From Chrysochromulina tobinii (Eukaryota), in assembly GCA_001275005.1 (NCBI GenBank), contig JWZX01003365.1, forward strand, positions 1 to 32,789: a stretch of DNA of 32,789 nt, written 5' to 3'. Positions 30,386 to 32,789 of the stretch are shown one piece after another (the stretch's first letter is position 1; every line of letters starts with the position of its first letter). The notes below the pieces were generated by a model. That model did no database searches, was not told the DNA's origin, and worked only from the letters and a program-made list of their open reading frames with translations. The translations under genes were made by a program, and so were the position numbers.

Positions 30386-30994
30386 TCAGGCTTTTGGTTT
30401 ATTTGCGACTTCTAGTTCTGTGGCCCGATCCTGGCCTCTGTACGTATCTGCTGCGGTCAGCTCAGTCCGGTCCAAGCGCCATTGGAATTCGAGCTTGACT
30501 CCTCCTTGAGCCAGCGAGGCCGCCACCGGACATCGCCGCTCCACGATTGCACCGAGTGCGAGCACGTCCTCGTCGCTGATGCTCATGCTCGACGGGCGTA
30601 CGTGCACGACGCCCTGCACGTACAGGAGCGCTGCCGAAACGGGTGCCTCCTCGTGGATCGGAAGATGCAGCGCGCCGCGCTCATCCCTCGCCGCCTGCAC
30701 ATCGCTAAACTCAATCCGCACAATTCGATTGTGCGGCCGTGGCCACAGATGGCGTGCGACGAAGTGTGCAGTCGCCGCCTTGCATCCGACGAGGGCGGCT
30801 AGCAGCATCTCGACCGGCTGCGCGAAGGCGTCTTCGCCGCCGGCCGCACGCGGCAGATCAGATTGCAGCTCGTGGCCCGTGTTGGTCTGCGCACGGCACC
30901 GCGGCCTGCCGGCGTCGGCCACAGCGTCGAGGCGGTAGAGGTGGAGCCGTGCCATGGATGCCGCAGCCCCAAGGGCTCGGCTCGACGGGCTCAT
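30386..30994 (-). CDS. OsmC/Ohr-family protein
   Basis: HELQSDLPRAAGGED..QPVEMLLAALVGC and VERRCPVAASL contain the two conserved Cys of OsmC-like proteins. Confidence 0.88.
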   Translation of the reverse strand: MSPSSRALGAAASMARLHLYRLDAVADAGRPRCRAQTNTGHELQSDLPRAAGGEDAFAQPVEMLLAALVGCKAATAHFVARHLWPRPHNRIVRIEFSDVQAARDERGALHLPIHEEAPVSAALLYVQGVVHVRPSSMSISDEDVLALGAIVERRCPVAASLAQGGVKLEFQWRLDRTELTAADTYRGQDRATELEVANKPKA

Positions 30995-31502
30995 GGCCAA
31001 CTAGCACGTAGAGAATCGAGCGCCAAAGTGAGATTGCGATGCAGTCGTGTCGTCGATGAGCTCTGCGATGCGTCGCTAAGGCCGAGAAGCGTGCATGTGT
31101 CGTTTATACGATCGTCCAAGCAACACGAATAATGGTCAGCTCAAAATGAGCTGATCCACACGCCACGGACGGTCGCATGCTTTGGTACATGTAGTCATGT
31201 CAGCATGCCCCCGCGGGCGTGTGAACGTCACCAAGGATAAAGATAAAGCTGCAATAGATCCAATGCCCCACAATGTAAAAATGAGATCACTCATCTTAAA
31301 TCATTCATTGCAACATCATTCACACGTGATCTCAACATCATTCACACCAACATGAGAATTCACACCCAAAATGAGATTTTTGAAGAGAGTCTTTGGCGCG
31401 AATCGACCCGTTTTCCCACAGGCTCGTGCACCTCGAGAGAGCTCCCATTGAACCGCGGCTCTCATCTCGCAGCAGATCTGCGACGCTCCACACCGACCAT
31501 TA

Positions 31503-32276
31503 ATGTCTGCCTCGATTGCAATGCTCGCGCTCCAGGGTGCCACTGGTTTCACTGCCGCCCCATCCATGCGGCCGACGTCCGCTGTCAACCTCGTCCGCAT
31601 GCAGTCGAGCATGTCCGCGCGTGCCTGGGACATCAACGAGATCACCCCCGATGGCAGCCTCGTGCAGCGTGTTGAGGGCCTGACGCGCAAGACCTGGAAG
31701 TTCAACGACCTCTCGAAGGACCGCGTTCAGGTTGCGGTGACCAGCGAGGGCCGCCCCGTGCACGCCGATGTCCAGCTCTGGCTCGGCCCCGACTGGACCC
31801 CCTTCACGCTGAAGGCGTACAGTGAGGACGGCAAGCTGCGCCCGATCCAGACCCTTGTGGGCACGCGCAACAAGGCGGCGATGATCGAGGTGCGCAACGT
31901 GGGCGAGTACGAGTTCCCGTTCAAGGCCGCCTCCAACTACGCCAAGGGCGCCATGGCCAAGGTCCACTCGGAGATCCCGGCGACCACGTCGGGTGAGCGC
32001 TGCGACGGCGGTGCCCTCCGCTCTTACCCCCTCAGCGCCTCGGCCAAACAGCTGGAGGTGGTGCTGAACACGGACGGTAAGCAGCTGAACGCGCGCATCG
32101 AGCTCCTCAACGCCCCCAACAACCCCAAGCAGACCTTCGAGGTCTTCACCAACAACGGTGAGCTCAACTCGCTCTGCGTGTGCTTCGAGACCCCTGACGC
32201 GGGCAACACGGTGCGCATCCGCAACCTGGCGCCCGTTGAGTTCCCCTGCTACATCCACCTCAACGAGATCATGTAG
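31503..32276 (+). CDS. Plastid-targeted, internally duplicated beta-rich protein resembling pyrenoid shell (PyShell/Shell) proteins
   Basis: Signal plus transit peptide (ATG-FTAAPSMRP). Two homologous halves: RVQVAVTSEGRPVHADVQLWLGPD...EVRNVGEYEFP and QLEVVLNTDGKQLNARIELLNAPN...RIRNLAPVEFP. Strong GC3 bias. The family assignment is from recall of diatom sequences. Confidence 0.7.
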   Translation: MSASIAMLALQGATGFTAAPSMRPTSAVNLVRMQSSMSARAWDINEITPDGSLVQRVEGLTRKTWKFNDLSKDRVQVAVTSEGRPVHADVQLWLGPDWTPFTLKAYSEDGKLRPIQTLVGTRNKAAMIEVRNVGEYEFPFKAASNYAKGAMAKVHSEIPATTSGERCDGGALRSYPLSASAKQLEVVLNTDGKQLNARIELLNAPNNPKQTFEVFTNNGELNSLCVCFETPDAGNTVRIRNLAPVEFPCYIHLNEIM

Positions 32277-32346
32277 ACGCCCGCACGTAGCGGCGACTCG
32301 TTCTCTGTGAGTCTGTAGCCCAGCGCGGGCGCTGAGCAATAGCTGC

Positions 32347-32422
32347 CGATCGCTGCCGACGACTGCGGTGTTCGGACCAAGGGACGATCGCTGCCGACGA
32401 CTGCGGTGTTCGGACCCAGGGA
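32347..32422. repeat. 38-bp tandem duplication in the 3' region of the PyShell-like gene
   Basis: cgatcgctgccgacgactgcggtgttcggaccMaggga occurs twice with one mismatch. Confidence 0.9.
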
Positions 32423-32789
32423 CGACGCGACGCTCCCTCAGCTGCGTGGCGGCGGAGCCCGGGCACTAGTGGGCCCTCGGGGCTGTGTGTGTGTGTGTGA
32501 TTGGCTCCATGCATCTCATCATGTGGCGTGGGGTGCGGCGGCAATTGTGTGTGGGCGGTGGCTTGGATTCGAGAGAGATCGCTCAGCGACGGACCAGGGG
32601 CTGATACGGTGATATGTTTCGTTTAACGATGCTTTGCATCTCTATCGGCGACGGCCCTCTCTCGCCTTAGTAGAGCGGGCTCGCAAATCGAATTAAAAGA
32701 AAACGCATGTTCCGCGCGCCGCCCCCCGCCGCCCCGCGCCGCATCGCGCAGTGCCAGTGGCCAGTCTGTGCCCGCGGCCGCGCCGGGCG

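Noticed and set aside
24829..30994. A metalloid/redox detoxification cluster (ArsM-like plus OsmC)
   Set aside because: The genes are separated by PPAN and an unrelated orphan, and no transporter or reductase for arsenic is adjacent.

Overview
GC-rich, gene-dense eukaryotic nuclear DNA. It is probably from a haptophyte alga (inferred from short GC-rich introns including a GC-AG intron, bipartite plastid-targeting peptides and a PyShell-like gene). About 20 protein-coding genes are present, many in tight head-to-head pairs. Recognisable products: a beta-helix (Pmp-like) repeat protein running off the left edge, LZTFL1/BBS17, an ABM-domain protein, a HET/TIR-like + LRR protein, a TTLL6-like polyglutamylase, a NIPA Mg2+ transporter, a parvulin PPIase, a SAM+C2 protein, an ArsM/AS3MT-like methyltransferase, PPAN/Ssf1, an OsmC-like protein and a PyShell-like plastid protein. 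Two signals stand out. (1) The ArsM-like frame continues through two in-frame UGA codons, one at the conserved C-terminal catalytic Cys position, and ends in a hydrophobic tail; this suggests a di-selenocysteine, membrane-anchored methyltransferase that the ORF track splits. (2) The beta-helix gene, absent from the ORF track, is built from near-identical DNA repeats separated by AT-rich, Tyr/Gly-rich, variable-length loops, resembling a diversifying receptor. No rRNA, tRNA, CRISPR array or clear transposon was recognised. All family calls come from motif recognition, not from database searches.
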